Source of the DNA: Hydrolagus affinis
Taxonomy: Eukaryota
DNA: 64,000 nt
Reading direction: 5' to 3'
Assembly (NCBI GenBank): GCA_012026655.1
Contig: JAAILG010000017.1
Span: forward strand, 62,001 to 126,000
Positions within the stretch are counted from its first letter, which is position 1, and the number at the start of each line of letters is the position of its first letter. The position numbers and the translations under genes were made by a program. Below, piece by piece: positions 37,931 to 51,634 of the stretch. Below the pieces are notes generated by a model. That model worked only from the letters and a program-made list of their open reading frames with translations, had not been told where the DNA came from and made no database searches.

Positions 37931-38849
37931 GTATTGCCGAGGACAGTTGTAAAGTCCCTCTGGTAAGTTTACACGAGTCAAGTTGTCCTTCACAGACGAT
38001 ATGATCCAGACAGAGAACTCAGTGTAGCTCCTGTATGATTATAGCTAAATGTCAAATCGCCCTCATATAGAAACACATTCAAGAATGTCGCCCACAAAAT
38101 ATACAGTCCATTGAATTTACAGTGCTGAGTGACTTAAAGATGTGATAAAGAGCTATATCAAATGCAAGGATTATTATTTTTTTTTAAAATTATTATTAAA
38201 GTCAAATCAATAATGTGCAAGACCAGGAACCTTGGCTAATTTCTCCCCCCCCCCACCACCACCACACCCCCTTCCTATCTCTTATTTGTTTGTTCAAAGG
38301 AACTTGGGCAAGATGCGCGAGTTCTACAAGTCAGACCGATGCATCAATCTAAATCTAAGGGATACAGCCACTTAAAACAAAAGGAAAAGAGGGAAACAGA
38401 AAGATGAATACTTTTATAAGTTGTGTATGTGTGTGTGGGGCCAACGGGTTTGTTGAAAAAAAAATGAAAGCCCAAATTAACTTGTGTTCAAAAGTGTGGA
38501 ATCACACCAGTAGAAAATGTAGAGTGTGTGAAAAAGTGGGGGGAAAAAAAATGCATTTGAATGTTATTTTTCTTTTTTTTCTTTTATTATTTTCTTTTAC
38601 AGTATATGTAAAAGGGCCTAATAGTTGTGTGTTGTGTATTTTTGTTAAATCTTTCAGATTCAATAAGCGTATCAGACAATGAACCGCTTTATTGCTGTTC
38701 AATAAGAAACCCACACATACACACACACACACCAAAAAAAATTTCTTTGGCATTTATCTATGTCGACGTAATGAATTCCGGAGATACGAGTTTGCAGGAA
38801 ACCCCATAGTTGAGTCTTGGGATGGCTGCCAGGGTGGTCAAGGCAACGG

Positions 38850-39238
38850 TCTAAACAGGAGGAAACAAGAGGGAATCCCGTTATTTGACTGGAGCGAAAC
38901 TATAAACACTCTGATCCTTGAGAAGGGAAGTGGCGTTCTCTCTCTCTCTCTCTCTGTGTAGTGAGTGAGTGAGTGAGGGAGTTGATGTGGTGGGACATAA
39001 AGTCAGGGGCAGTGAGTGCATTCATTCAAAGCTGGAATCACTCTCTGTACAGCCAGCCAGGCACTGGCGTGTCTTTTTTCCTACTTCAAGGCAGGGAGGA
39101 AATTTTTTTTGTGTTTTAAAAAAAAAGTAGATATATCTATGTATGTATATATCATCTTGAAATCTGCGAAGCAGTGATGTGCAGAATTGCTCTGGAGTCT
39201 TGCTGAGATTTATTGACACTGACTGAATCTGCCTGCAA
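38850..39238 (+). promoter_or_regulatory. NFATC2: Putative distal promoter and 5' UTR of NFATC2 (exon 1A)
   Basis: Immediately 5' of the exon-1A ATG; TATAAA at 38901-38906, kB-like GGGAATCCC at 38871-38879, ETS-like GGAAGT near 38925, (CT)n/(GTGA)n tract; TSS not determinable from sequence. Confidence 0.5.
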
Positions 39239-39299
39239 ATGTTCCGAGGAGCTGCCTGCAGAGTTGTGCCCTATCACATCATGAGGTCCATGAATCAAG
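39239..39299 (+). CDS. NFATC2: NFATC2 alternative first coding exon 1A
   Basis: ATG..caa g|gtagga; MFRGAACRVVPYHIMRSMNQ(D) resembles the human distal-exon N-terminus MQREAAFRLGHCHPLRIMGSVDQE; phase-1 donor joins exon 2 in frame. Confidence 0.8.
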
Positions 39300-39683
39300 G
39301 TAGGATTTTATTCCTGGGATGAGAAAACTGAACAGAAAACACCGGGAAATTTAAACCTGTTATTTTTTTAGAAAAAAAAGTTTTATTGATGGCATAACTA
39401 CTCTTATTGTTATTGTTATCATTATTGTTAATAATAATAGGAAGGTCCTGGATACATATTAAAAGACCATAGTAATGACCGAACTCGTTACTTACAATTT
39501 GATATGTACAGCAGTAATTAATTCAATATATATATGCACACACACAATAGTTAAACTCTCTCTCTCTCTCCGGGGCTGAGAGGGTTGATGTCCATTCTGT
39601 GTATTGATAAATGGACATATAAATGGACATGGATATGAATGATCACTTCTCCCATTTCCATTTGTTTTCTCTTGTACTGTAGT

Positions 39684-39686
39684 TGT

Positions 39687-39722
<36 letters not shown>
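39684..39722. repeat. (GT)n(GA)n compound microsatellite
   Basis: Directly visible. Confidence 0.95.
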
Positions 39723-39723
<1 letters not shown>

Positions 39724-41383
39724 TGTATGTATGTGTGTGTACCAAACTGCAGTTGAGTTTCTCACCGGCTGCTGTTTGGGAAACTGTTGCTTTAATAGCG
39801 TGTCTGTAAATTTTGGAAACATCTGAAAAAAGTTAGCTTTCTTGCAGTGCCTGACGTGGTGCGGGCTGCTTTGTTTTAAGGTGGATCAGAGATATATATA
39901 AATACACACACATATATATATTATGTAAAATTAGTTTGAATACTTAATATATAGCAAATAAGACCACATACATATATTAAAAAGTGCTAAATATGAAAAT
40001 AAAAGTAACAAAACGCGTATTATCAGTCCCTATGATTGCTTGGTGAGTCAGGGAAAAGTTTCCATGAAAGTTTGCTCAAACTTTGGTAACTTTTTTTTAA
40101 CCCCCCAAAAAAACCCACAGAGAGTGTAAGATTTCCGATTGGGTTCCAAATTAGTTTTTTTTCTCAATAGATAGAATTGGCTTCATTTGAAGCTGTTGAG
40201 ATAATTGGCGATGAAGGTTAGTGAAATAGTGATGTGGCGTCTCTGACACACACACACACACACTCAGTGAGATCTTCTGTGTGTGTGTGTGTATGTGTGT
40301 GTGTCTCCCAGAGTGATTGGCTGATTAGCTGCTTGTCTCAAAAACTTTCTTTTAATTTGAAGGGGGGGTCTCTGTAGCCTGTCTGGTGGGTGGTTGGGTG
40401 AGTGAGTGAGTGGGTAGTGGTGAAGTGAAAGCCTTGGTGACGCTTTGGTAGCTGTGATAAATAGTGTTATTTCATTTGGAATTTCCATTAGTTACACTCT
40501 TTCCCCCTCGCTCTCTCCCTTCCCTCCCCTCCTCCCTCGCTGTCTCTTTACCCTTCTCTGTCCTTTTTTTTAACTCTTTCAAACAGTGAATACCCTTGCT
40601 TCATTTTAACCCTTTAAATATTGCAAACGGTGAGAATCTACTGCAACCCTCCTCTCCCCACCCTGTAGTTATTAGCTTTGATTTTTCTCCCTCAATCTCT
40701 CACCCCCACCCACCCCCCCGCCCCCCCACCCCCCTCCTCCATTTAAATAATGAAGAAAGTCAAACACCAAAGAAGGAATAGCCAAGAAAGTAACCCACTT
40801 CACTGAACATTTCACTGATTCATCATCGGCACCTTGGCTTGTTACTGACTAGCTCCAATTTGCATCATCTGTTAACAGATGGGATAAGGAAATGTTAGAG
40901 AGGAACAGTGAAAGGGCTTCTGTAGGAAGGGAAGGGTGACTCCTAAAGTTGCCTCCAGCCATTTAGGCTCATTTGCTTTTCATAGTAATAATAATAAATA
41001 AGAAGAAGAATGCATACATTTGATATAGCGCCCTTATCACATCCCTGAGACATTTCAAAGTTCTTGCGAAGCACTTTGAAATGTGTGCCTTCTGATTCTG
41101 CACGTGCTTGCAACGCACAGTGCTATGTTTTTCATCCACTTTGATCTCCTGGATGGATGCCTGCAATATGACCCTCTTCCTCCCGCTTTGTTTACAATGG
41201 TAAACGAGCCTCTTAAAGCCAAAGGTGTTGATTGAGAGGGGAGGGAGGGGGATGTGTCCATTTCATATTGAAATCTCAATTTCAGAGAATGCCGCTCAGA
41301 ACTAGGTGCTTTTGTCCTTAAATCGACAGATTTAAAAAAAAGTAAAACAATAAAATGATTCCAAACCAGGACAGGAGGTATCA

Positions 41384-41585
41384 ACAACAACAACAACAAC
41401 AAAATTACATTGTATAGCACTTTTCACTTAGCACTATACATCCCAAGGTACTGGATAATCATTGTTTCAGACCCGAGCTGGGGGCAGGGAGGGTGGAGGA
41501 AAAGGGGGGTATTTGGAGTGACCGATGGGACAGTCGAAGAGGAGGGTCTTGAGGTTAGACTCGAAGGAGGCCAGGGAGGGGGGGG
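41384..41585 (-). mobile_element. L2-type 3' end, reverse orientation
   Basis: (caa)n tail, acattgtatagcactttt..catcccaagg, gtcgaagaggagggtcttgagg..gaaggagg (reverse complement of the LK.LLFD block). Confidence 0.75.
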
Positions 41586-43127
41586 TGAGAAGGAGGTCAA
41601 CTTGCCTTGATAGATACCATTCTCACCTCTGGGTCAGAAGGTTTGTGGTTTAGGCTGACAGTTGAGTTATAGTTGAGAAAGTGTAGCGTTCTTGGGATAA
41701 GGTGTTAATACTTTGGTTTTGTCTGCCTGATCAGGTGGAAAGTAGAAGGGCACTTCTAATAAAAATGATGACCGTTGCACTTGATGTAACGCCTTATCAC
41801 GTCTTCGAGATGTCTAAAAGAGCTTCGCAGAACAAAATAATTCACCTCATAGCTGCTGGTGGACCTTAATGTGTGCAAATTACACACTGTCACTACACTG
41901 TGAAGTGCTTTGAGGTTTTTCAGTGTTGCCAGGTGCTATGGGAAATGCGACAATTATTCTTGGTGAGTCCTGAAAAGAGTTCAGTTTTAGTTCCTCTCCT
42001 TTACCTGCCCCTGCAACCGCCACTCCCCTCCATAAGAAAATCTCTTGCATCCCCTCCTATCTGAAGTTGGTAAGCATGCAGACGGATGGTTCTGCAGGTG
42101 GCAACACGCTAAAGTGACTCTCCTTCAATTACACTACAAGGACATGTGTGGTGTCAGGGCTTTCTGATATGGAAGCCATTGCAGCCTTTCCTGATCATGT
42201 ATGTCTTCCCCAAACAGTCCCTCCCCCAAATGGGGTCACTAGATGGCAGTCAAGAGGAGTGAACACTGGCTAATGTGGCCCCCAACACTTCTCCCTAGCC
42301 TTGCAGATCGAGGCTAGCCCTAGATGCTCAGTCTCACCTGATTGTAGTAGGTAAAAGATTCTACACATTAAAAAAAAGTTTCAAAGGTTAATAGTTGGAA
42401 TTTTCACTTGCTTCCATCAATTGCTCCACAAGTTGGTTCCACTCAGATGGAAAAAATAACTGGTTATACAGTGCATACCCATTTTATTTACATGATTATT
42501 TAATATTCAGAATTTCTTCTCCTCTTCCCCCCGTACCGTGCCAAAACCACTATTTTCAATCCAAACCGAAAACCGAACCTACTTTCTCACTCAATTGCAT
42601 CCATGTGTGCATGTGAGTGGCTGGAGAATCAACAATTACCTGCTTTGTGTTTTCAAATTGGTTTCTTTTCCAAAAAAAACCCCAGTATAAAGCTAAGCTT
42701 CCCTGCAATTTGCCTGAGCAGACTCGATTCATCAACTAGCAAATGAAAAGTGATTGTGTTATTATTTTAGAGAGTACTGGCCCCCAAGTAAAATAGTGTC
42801 ATCAGCAGTTCATTATTTGAGGAATACTGTACACAGGGAGTAATCATTTTAAAGCCAACAATTTTGTGATTTATTCAGCTTGTAAGCTCATTGAGGGCTT
42901 ACATATAGGTCAGATATCCAGCAAAAAAAATTACTCTGATAATAACAACAATCCTTGCGTATGATGAAGCAACTGTAATGCCTTAAATGCTTTACAGGGA
43001 ATTGCTGTAAATTGTAATGATGAGTTGTGGGCCATTGACAACAAGATTGCACAGTTTCCTGTGATTCTTTTGAAAAGTTACCTGTTCCTTAAGCAGTACA
43101 CCTGATGGATGTTACTTTAACATCCTA

Positions 43128-43320
43128 TAATAATAATAATAATCCTTGCAGTTGATATAGCACTTCTCACGTCTTCTAGACGTCTCAAAGCGCTTCACAG
43201 AATATACTGTAAAGTGAATTGACTGTATATTTGTGGGTGAAACTCGGTAGCCAATTGCATACAGCAGTGTCCCACAAACAGTCATGGATTCAAATGACAA
43301 AAAAATTTTTGAGGGATTAT
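43128..43320 (-). mobile_element. SINE 3' two-thirds in NFATC2 intron 1
   Basis: High-identity reverse complement of the family body and tail. Confidence 0.9.
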
Positions 43321-46300
43321 CCAAGGCTGATGATCCTGGTTGCTTGATTAATAAAATGATACCAAAACACTGAGAAGCTACCTGGCATGGAAGACAACTT
43401 ATAAATGCAAGTTGTTGTTGTTGTACAGTCACAAGAGCACTTGGTGTTTTATAAATGTCATTATAGCGAAAGGCAGTGTTATCAGCGGCAATGAAATCAG
43501 CCATAGCAGCCAGAGATGAGGCGCCGGAGATAATGTAGTTTATGCTTTTCAAGTAGCTAGTAAGCGAATCAAACAACATGCAGAAGGTCTATGAATAGAG
43601 TGCGGTGGAATTCTTGAGAGAATGGCTCAATTGGAAATGTATCAAAATCAGTATTCTGTTGGAGGTGTTGCAACTGCTCACAGGACGGCATCTGTGATGG
43701 AGAACTTGAGGCCCCAGCCTCCAAACAGAGCACCGAGTGTGGCAATTTGTGATGGGCAACAGGAACACTGTCTCAGCGCCTCGGAGGACATGAACTGGGG
43801 AAGGAACTTCGTAACTTAAAAGCACCAAGGGAAAGAAGCCCCATTGTAACTCCCTGCAGTCGGACGACAGGAAAATTTAGGTGCCATTGAACTGCGCTGA
43901 AGGAAATGTCAGCAACAATACAGGAAGTACGGTAACAAACAGGGAAAACACCCCCGGGCTATGGAAGTTTCACAAGCGTGCCATTTAGGGAAAGATTTTG
44001 CTGCAGCACCTTGGGACATCCTCCTGACATGAAAGGCCTAATACAAGCGTAATTTTGCTGTTGTTGTAATGATTTCACCCAAGTGTATCTCGATTTCTCA
44101 ATCACAACTGCACTCCTATGTTCAAAGGGAAAGTTTGCCAATGATCTGAAGGCGCACACGGTAACAGAAGATGAGCAGCTCACCGCATACAACTGCTCAG
44201 ACCTAGAGTAGATTTATTTAGCAAACAGATTGGAAGAGTGGTCGATCTTGGAGGAGAGAAACACATTGGTAGGTAACTCGGGCCTATACACAAACCAAGT
44301 ACAGTATGTGCAATTCAATCCATTGATTTGCGTTTTAATGTGATTTGCAACGTTTTGTTCTTTAACAGTACAAAGTTAGAGTTGACTAACTCTCAAATGC
44401 TGTTCCTTCATCATCACTGGTTCAGAATCCCGAGACTCCACAAGCAACTCTCTCATGGGAGCACCACCTCCACGAAGACTGTATGCGTTTAAATAGCAGA
44501 ACCTCACCACCACCTGTTCAGAGCAAACAAGGATGGGCATTAAATATTGGCCCCGCCAGCAAAAGTTAGGCCTCAAATTGAGTGTTAAACGATATGTAAG
44601 AGTCAGAAACAAATTCTAGTCTCCAGGGCAGGAGAGATTTAAATCTCCTAATCCCTAAACACTCTATTAACAGTGAGCCAAACAATTGAAGGTATTAATA
44701 ACTGGGACATGTGCCTGCTCAGCCAACCCGAAGGTAAACATGACATGACAGCTCACATCTGTTGTTCTCTTCTCCTTCAGCACACGCCCTGTGTTGGCAT
44801 TTAGTACAGCTTGTTAGAGGAGGAGCCAATTCCTACTTCCATTAAGAACAGGGAAGTGGAAAGAAAAACATTGTATGCCACAAAGTCCTTTCGCTCTTCC
44901 CTTGTGTGGAACTGAGAACTTCCTGCTTCCTGTTAGAATATGATTTGGGGCACTGGATTAATGCAATTGCTTCATTGAAGTAATGTGAAATCATTCCAAT
45001 AGCCTGATCATCACTTTGAAATTGAATGTTGAGTATTTAATATACATTTTTTTAAATGAGTGATTATTTCTGCTAATTGAATTTAATGTGAATTAATTAG
45101 AGAACTTGGCCCAGTGTTATCTATGTGATCAAGGAAACGCACAAACACTCATACTTTCCAGCAATGATCCATGGATAACAATCGAGGCACGATTTGAAAA
45201 CTGAAGGGAGTTTCTCCCTGTATCCTCGCCAACAGTCCCCACATATAAAATCAGTCATTTAATTTATGGCTGTGTTTTGGGGACATTGCTATGTGCTATG
45301 TACTATGTGCAAACTGGCTGCCTTGTTAGCCTATAAATGTACAGTCATGACATTTTATGGTAAATCTCATTTAGTGCCTCGAGACATCCTTCTGACGCTA
45401 TATCAAACGTATTACGTATTAAGAATTAGCGCACTGAGACGCTATCCTGCCTGAGGATGCTATATAAGTGCAAGTAGTTGTTGTTATTAAGAATTGCATT
45501 TTTGTGCAATACAGTATATTCTGTGAAGTGCTTTGAGACGTCCAGAAGATGTGAAAAGCACTATATCAAATGCATGGATTATTATTAATATATTTTCCCA
45601 AACCAGGCCACCGAGTCTAAGTGTATACCTAATGCATTCCAGGAGTCAATCAGAATAAACTGTCTGGGTACCTCCAGCTATTCTATGTTGTGGAAAAACT
45701 TTACTAACTAAACCATGAGGAGAGCCAAAACATTGATCCTAAAGGCCAGCATTATTTTCATAACCATTTCTGTGTGTGTGTGTATTGTTTACAATAATAC
45801 GGGTGTATCTATCCCTGTTCCTTGTGAAGAAATGGGATCCAGACATTTGCCTCTGTGTAATGTTAAAGTATAGTTGTTATTTTGTTATATTGATTATACA
45901 GTAGTAACAAATTACTTTTGTAAACAATACATCCTGATCTGTAAATATAACAAACTCTAACTGTGAAGTATGATGTCTCTCCATTTAATGTACTATTGTT
46001 ATATTGTACTCTCATTAAAAATGTCGTTGAACAGTCTGGTTACTGCCTTTTTATATTGTGCTTGAAGCAACTTTTGTTTAAATGTAATTATAGCTCTTAA
46101 GTTGAATAGCAGGAAACGTCATTGCGACGTAACCTTAAGAAAGCAGAAAAGCTATTTTCTGTACTGATTTCACACGATTCCTCCGGATCTGACATGGTCT
46201 TGAGAAACTGCTTTACCACAGTTGTTAGTGATGTGTTAGCATGAGGTTGTAGCATTCATAAATCTACTAGGAATTGCGGAAAGATGGTTCCTATCAATAA

Positions 46301-47699
46301 AACATTCAATATAAACTAATTAACATGTCAGCTACCTTATATGGCCACCTTGTATTGCAATGTCTCAGTCTGTCTGTGTCCTGATGTTTTAATGATGTGT
46401 TCGTAAGTGGAATTTATTGTAAAAAATATTATCAATCATCTATAACATATGGGGAATCATATGGGATTTATTTTATTCCTTGCCAAGAGGCCGATTCCAC
46501 TGACTACATTATTATTTGTGAGTTTTATAGAGGCATTACTTTAAGATTGGCTTATTAGAAATCGTTTAGGTTTATGGCCCCACCAAAAATCGTCAGGCTC
46601 ATTAAATTGCTGACCTCACCAAATTATTGAAATAATTTCTGTTCGGACACTGATAACATTGAGGTTATTGGTAACATCCATCAGTCATTTGAGCTGCAGG
46701 GATACACATGAACTTGCACATCATAGCAGTTTGTGGGATATTGCTCTAAATACCGCTTTGAAATGTCTTCCCAACTATATCAACTGCAAGAATTATTATT
46801 GTTGTTCTGCCTGACAATTCTTCTGACAACAGGCTGTGTCTTCTCCCATTGCCTCTGAGATTAGAACAAGCCAATCATTTGTCCCTAACTGGATCCAGTA
46901 CCTGAACATGTTGGTCCCATTATCTTACTCTTTTATTGCCAGTGAAATGCCTCTAAATAGCATCTGGCCACAATCTGAGTAAAATAGCTGAACAGGTGGA
47001 AACCACACTGGGAACTGCAGAAAGAAAATGGATTGAGCTGAACAAATAATTCTCGTGGTCACAACTGCCCAGCTCAAATTTGCTCAGAGTTTAGCATTAT
47101 TGTACAGTAATTGGTAATAAATTGCAGTATTGTTAAGCGAGGTTAGAAGGAATGTTTAATGTGGCGGCAGAGGACACAATTTATTGGTGAGGCAACGTTG
47201 CTGGCTGTGCCTGAGGTCAGGTTGTATATTGCTGGGGAGTAACAGAGGAATATGGATGAATAATAGAAAGACGGTGATATTCTGAAGCGAGTCAGCTTTT
47301 TTAATAAACATAGTTTGTCTCATTTAAGTAACAATAGTGCAGTTGGCTGTAATAGCCTTAAAGCAGACAATACTAGATTGAATTTAGAAGTCAAAGTAGT
47401 TATCAAATCTAGTGAGTCAGGTGATCTTTAAATTGCTGAATTCCTGCTTCTTACAATCTGTGATGTCTGAACTACTTTATTAAATTACTGTCTGGTAATC
47501 ACTTCCAGGTTTCCATTATTATTTATGCAACTCATGGGTCTCACAAATAATTATGACTGTGAAATGGTATAGTGGTAAGAATTATGAAATTCTCTTTGCA
47601 TTGGTGGCTGTAGATTTGTGTACTAAAATAAAGTAACCTTCTGATGTGCCTGTATAACTGAGTCTTGAACATGTCAGTTTGACTTAGCCAATAGCAATC

Positions 47700-48065
47700 A
47701 TAACAATAATGCTTGCATTTTATATAGTGCCTTATCATGTCAATAAGACGTCTCAAAGCACTTCATGGGATGTGCTACAAAGTGAATTGATGTGTGTTTT
47801 GTGGGCAAAACACAGCAGCCAATTGCATTCAGCAATGTCCCACATACAGTCATGGAGTGAGCGACAAACTTTTTTTTTATTTGGGAGATTGTGGCCAGGA
47901 AACTAGAAGCAACTCCCTTCTCTTTTTGATTAGTGCATGTGATGATGGGCCAAGATACATCCAATTGCAGGAAAAGTAGTCTTGACCTGTCACCGCATGT
48001 GCCCTTATAATAATAATTCTTGCATTTGATATAGTGCCTTATCACGCCTTTGAGACTTCTCAAAG
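47700..48065 (-). mobile_element. Two SINE 3' fragments in NFATC2 intron 1
   Basis: Family tails at ~47700-47855 and ~48005-48065. Confidence 0.8.
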
Positions 48066-49237
48066 AACTTCAGCAACCACAAAATTACATTTATATAGCA
48101 CATTTCACATCCCAAAGTGATTATTGATTAAATCAGATTTTATATGACTTATAAAGTTTGTTTGGTCTTCAACTTCAAGCATGTCATATTAAATGCTATG
48201 GTCAAGGCTGGTACAATTTATGTGAGTTTTCCTATAGTACTGTAGTCATAGATATTTATAGCCAAATTATGTATTTGGTGATGGTAACCAACTGTCTTAG
48301 CTTGTGTCACTTATAACCTTCGAACCAGATGAGTAGAGTTTTTTAATCTCTGGTATAGGTTGAACTCCGATAAACGATCTTCATTCTAATCTACACTGTT
48401 GGCAATGTTCTGCTTTCCCACAAAGAAACAATTAGAATGACATTAATCAAATGTTGCATTGTGTGGTGTATGACTGAATAAATATTTAGCAGGAGTGTTG
48501 CTATGAATTGCATACTAATGATGTATTTATAGCGGTAAGTACAAGTGTAAACAAATAATCTTGTGGGGTTGGCAGGAAAAGCTTTCAACAGGAACTGAAC
48601 TGTTATATTTAGAAAAGAGTTAATGGCGGGCATGAAAACCAAGCAGTTCATGGTACTGCTGTTCTACATTATCTTTGCTTATTTCACATGGTGGTTGCAT
48701 TTAGTTCTTGCCTATTTATTTCACTGCTCATCCCCATATTAAAATATCGCTGCGAAATACACCTGCTAGGCCCAGTGTCCTCACTCGCCATGGTGCAGGG
48801 TTGTCAGACTACCACTGTTTATTTTTAAATGGAGCCTCTGCCCCTGTCTGTCATTGGGAGGCGTTTTCTACCAAGATTGTGTTAGTTGGGTGCTTGAGTT
48901 CAAAGGACACGCCTGTTTTTGCACGTTGTGGCAGCAACAGGAAGCAGTTATTATTCAGCTTGTCAGTTTCAGAGTTGTATCACAAAACGACATGAGGCGA
49001 GGATTTGCAGCTGAAACATATTAAGCCCTTGTAGTTTTTTTTATTTTGGCAGCAGTCAGTACCTTCATCTCAATTACTCATGTCATAGAAATACTCTCAG
49101 GATAAAGTCTGATGTGTTGAAAAGACAAGCAATTGAGTGTACTGGCGTGGGACAAGTTATAGTATAAGTTGGAAGATCTGTGTCTTTGAAGTCTCGTACG
49201 TGCAAAGAGAAGGTGTAAGCCCACCTGTACGGGCCAA

Positions 49238-49340
49238 ATGAGCTTCCTTTATAACGATCGAGACCGTCAGGTCGATTCAGAAGAATTTGACTTTTCTGCA
49301 CTTTTTGACAACAGCCACGATGAAGACTTTGCTACAAAAG
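49238..49340 (+). CDS. NFATC2: NFATC2 alternative first coding exon 1B (acidic transactivation motif)
   Basis: caaATG..aaa g|gtttgt; MSFLYNDRDRQVDSEEFDFSALFDNSHDEDFATK(D); EEFDFSALFD matches the NFAT N-terminal motif (human NFATC2 DELDFSILFD); phase 1, in frame with exon 2. Confidence 0.88.
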
Positions 49341-50212
49341 GTTTGTGAAGCAACGCAGATGTTTACGGTAGAACAAGAAGATCTTGTGCCTGCAGATTTA
49401 AGCGCCCTCATTTTGTCATCCAGCTCAGTTGATCGTGTGCTTTACCTCTTGATAGAAAGATTGCGGGTTTCAAGTTGGAGGCAAGGCTGCCTCTTCCAGT
49501 CTCTGCCATCTATTTTGGTGTGCCATATTCTTTCCAATGATCCCATTGTATTTTAACAGGATGTATTTCAAATTTGTAAAGCAAATTATTGTGTTTGGGT
49601 TGTTGTCTTCATGAACAACTAACTGCATTGCCTTTCACTTCTGGAGAAAGCACGAAGATTTGGGGAGTGAGACAGTTACGGCTGATTTTTAGGGTCACAG
49701 ATTCCATTGAATGGAATAGTTGGTGGGACCTCACCTGAAGTCATTCTGGACACAAACCAATTGTGTTTAAATCTCTTTAAATGTTGCCAGGTTTGAGGGT
49801 AAATTGTACATCTCATTTGGCAGTGCTACAATTCTACAAAGTTAATTAAACTAATTGCCATTGTTGGGATACAGTGTGATACACCTTCTTGTTCTTCATC
49901 TGTTTTGATCGTAACACATGTGGTTACTGTGGTACAATGTACTTTAATATAATAGGGAAAATTCTAATCAGGAATCTTTCTGTATAGAACAAAATGATAA
50001 GCAATTACCTGTAATGTAAAGTTCATGAGGATAGGCAAGTTGATCTATAGGATGACCCCCGTCAGTAATTGTCAACTAATTTCAATGCTGATTTCCAGTA
50101 TTGTCTGGATGGAAGCAAATTCCCCTGTGAACAATTCCCCTGCCTGAAAATGGGTTCGGGCTAGCTGCAGCAACTCAATTTGGACACATAGCCTGCTGGG
50201 ATTCAATTTCTC

Positions 50213-50610
50213 AACTTGGCTCAGTTGGTAGGTTCTCAGTTCAAAGTCGGAGGGTTCTGAGTTCATGCCCCACATTGGGACTTCAAACTCATCTAGCCCA
50301 ACAAATTCCATTGCAATGCTGGATATGTGCTGCGTTACTTGAGGTTTGAATGAGATGTGAATCCAAGGTTCCATTTGCCTGTTTAAGTAGATGCTGAAGA
50401 ACCCATGGCAAAATATATCAAAAAGACAATAAACTTTTTCCTAGTCTCCAGGCCATTTGTAGGACATTGGTGTGTGCAAATTGGCTGCTGTATTCATTTA
50501 CAAAAAAAAAGTCACTACACTTTGCAGTGAATCCCATTCCCGTGAAGATCTTTAAGACCTCTTCCCACAGTGGTCGTGGCGTATATCAGATGAAGGTATT
50601 ATTATTTTGT
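50213..50610 (+). mobile_element. Old near full-length Deu-domain SINE between NFATC2 exon 1B and exon 2
   Basis: tggctcagttggtag head, gatgagatgtgaatccaagg..aagaacccatggca core, gtgtgcaaattggctgc and tail. Confidence 0.7.
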
Positions 50611-51634
50611 CCTATACCAGCTGTGCATTCAACACCCCCAACAAAACTCCACTTTCCTCATTAATGATTGATATCACTCCAGTATGCTTCATCATTAACA
50701 ACTATTTTTCATGCATGTCATGTCCCCCTGTACTGGTGCATGCTTCTAGCAGATTTGATGACTGTTTTTACTTTGTGGTGTGGTACTCCTATGGTGTGAC
50801 GAACACTTCACTGGGTTCTCATTGTTTTGCAAAGAGAGTAGATGGTACCTTATCAGAACATATGCGCTTAGCTATTTGGGTGTGTACCTTCTCCGACATA
50901 ACAGAAACTTTGACATTCAAATGTGCATTACGGATAATCGCTGTGTATGATACATTTGAATATTTCAGATTGTTTTTATGTAATATGTATCCCGTGTCCT
51001 ACTGCCTTCCAAACTCTCCCTGCTGAACAAGTCACCATATTGACTCCTTGAATAAGACAATTTGTTTGTGGTACTCCACCTGTTGCCCTCTGTCCTTTGA
51101 ATACAGGAGCAGTGGTTCTGAAATGGTAATTAATCTTCCCGTCATACATTAACTTTCCCATCATGGTAGGATTGCTATTTGCATGAAACATTTTCATTTA
51201 CAACTTCAAATATTCCTAGCCCAATTGTGTACCTACCTAATGATCTAATCGCATACCAGTGCCATTGCTTTTCCTTAGTGCTTTTGTTCAAGAATGCCCC
51301 TGCTAGATTATCTGAGTTATTGAGACCATCTTGTTGCTGTCCATCATGTATTTACTGTATTACCATGATTCTCAAATTGTTTCCAAGTTGGAGGAGGCTC
51401 CCTTTTATCATAATAAAAGCTTTGAAAACCTTTTCCCCAATCCCTCCTCCTTCCCCTCTGTTAGATCGCAACTGAAGACCTTTCTCTTCAACCATGCTTA
51501 CGGTCACCTTTTCCCTCCCCCACCTGGCTCAGAGTCAAGCCCTGCCACTATTAAGTGGCTTTGTATCTAGGTGGTAATGCTATCAGTTAATAATTCAGAA
51601 CATTTCCCAAATAATATGTGACCCTTTCTTTCAG

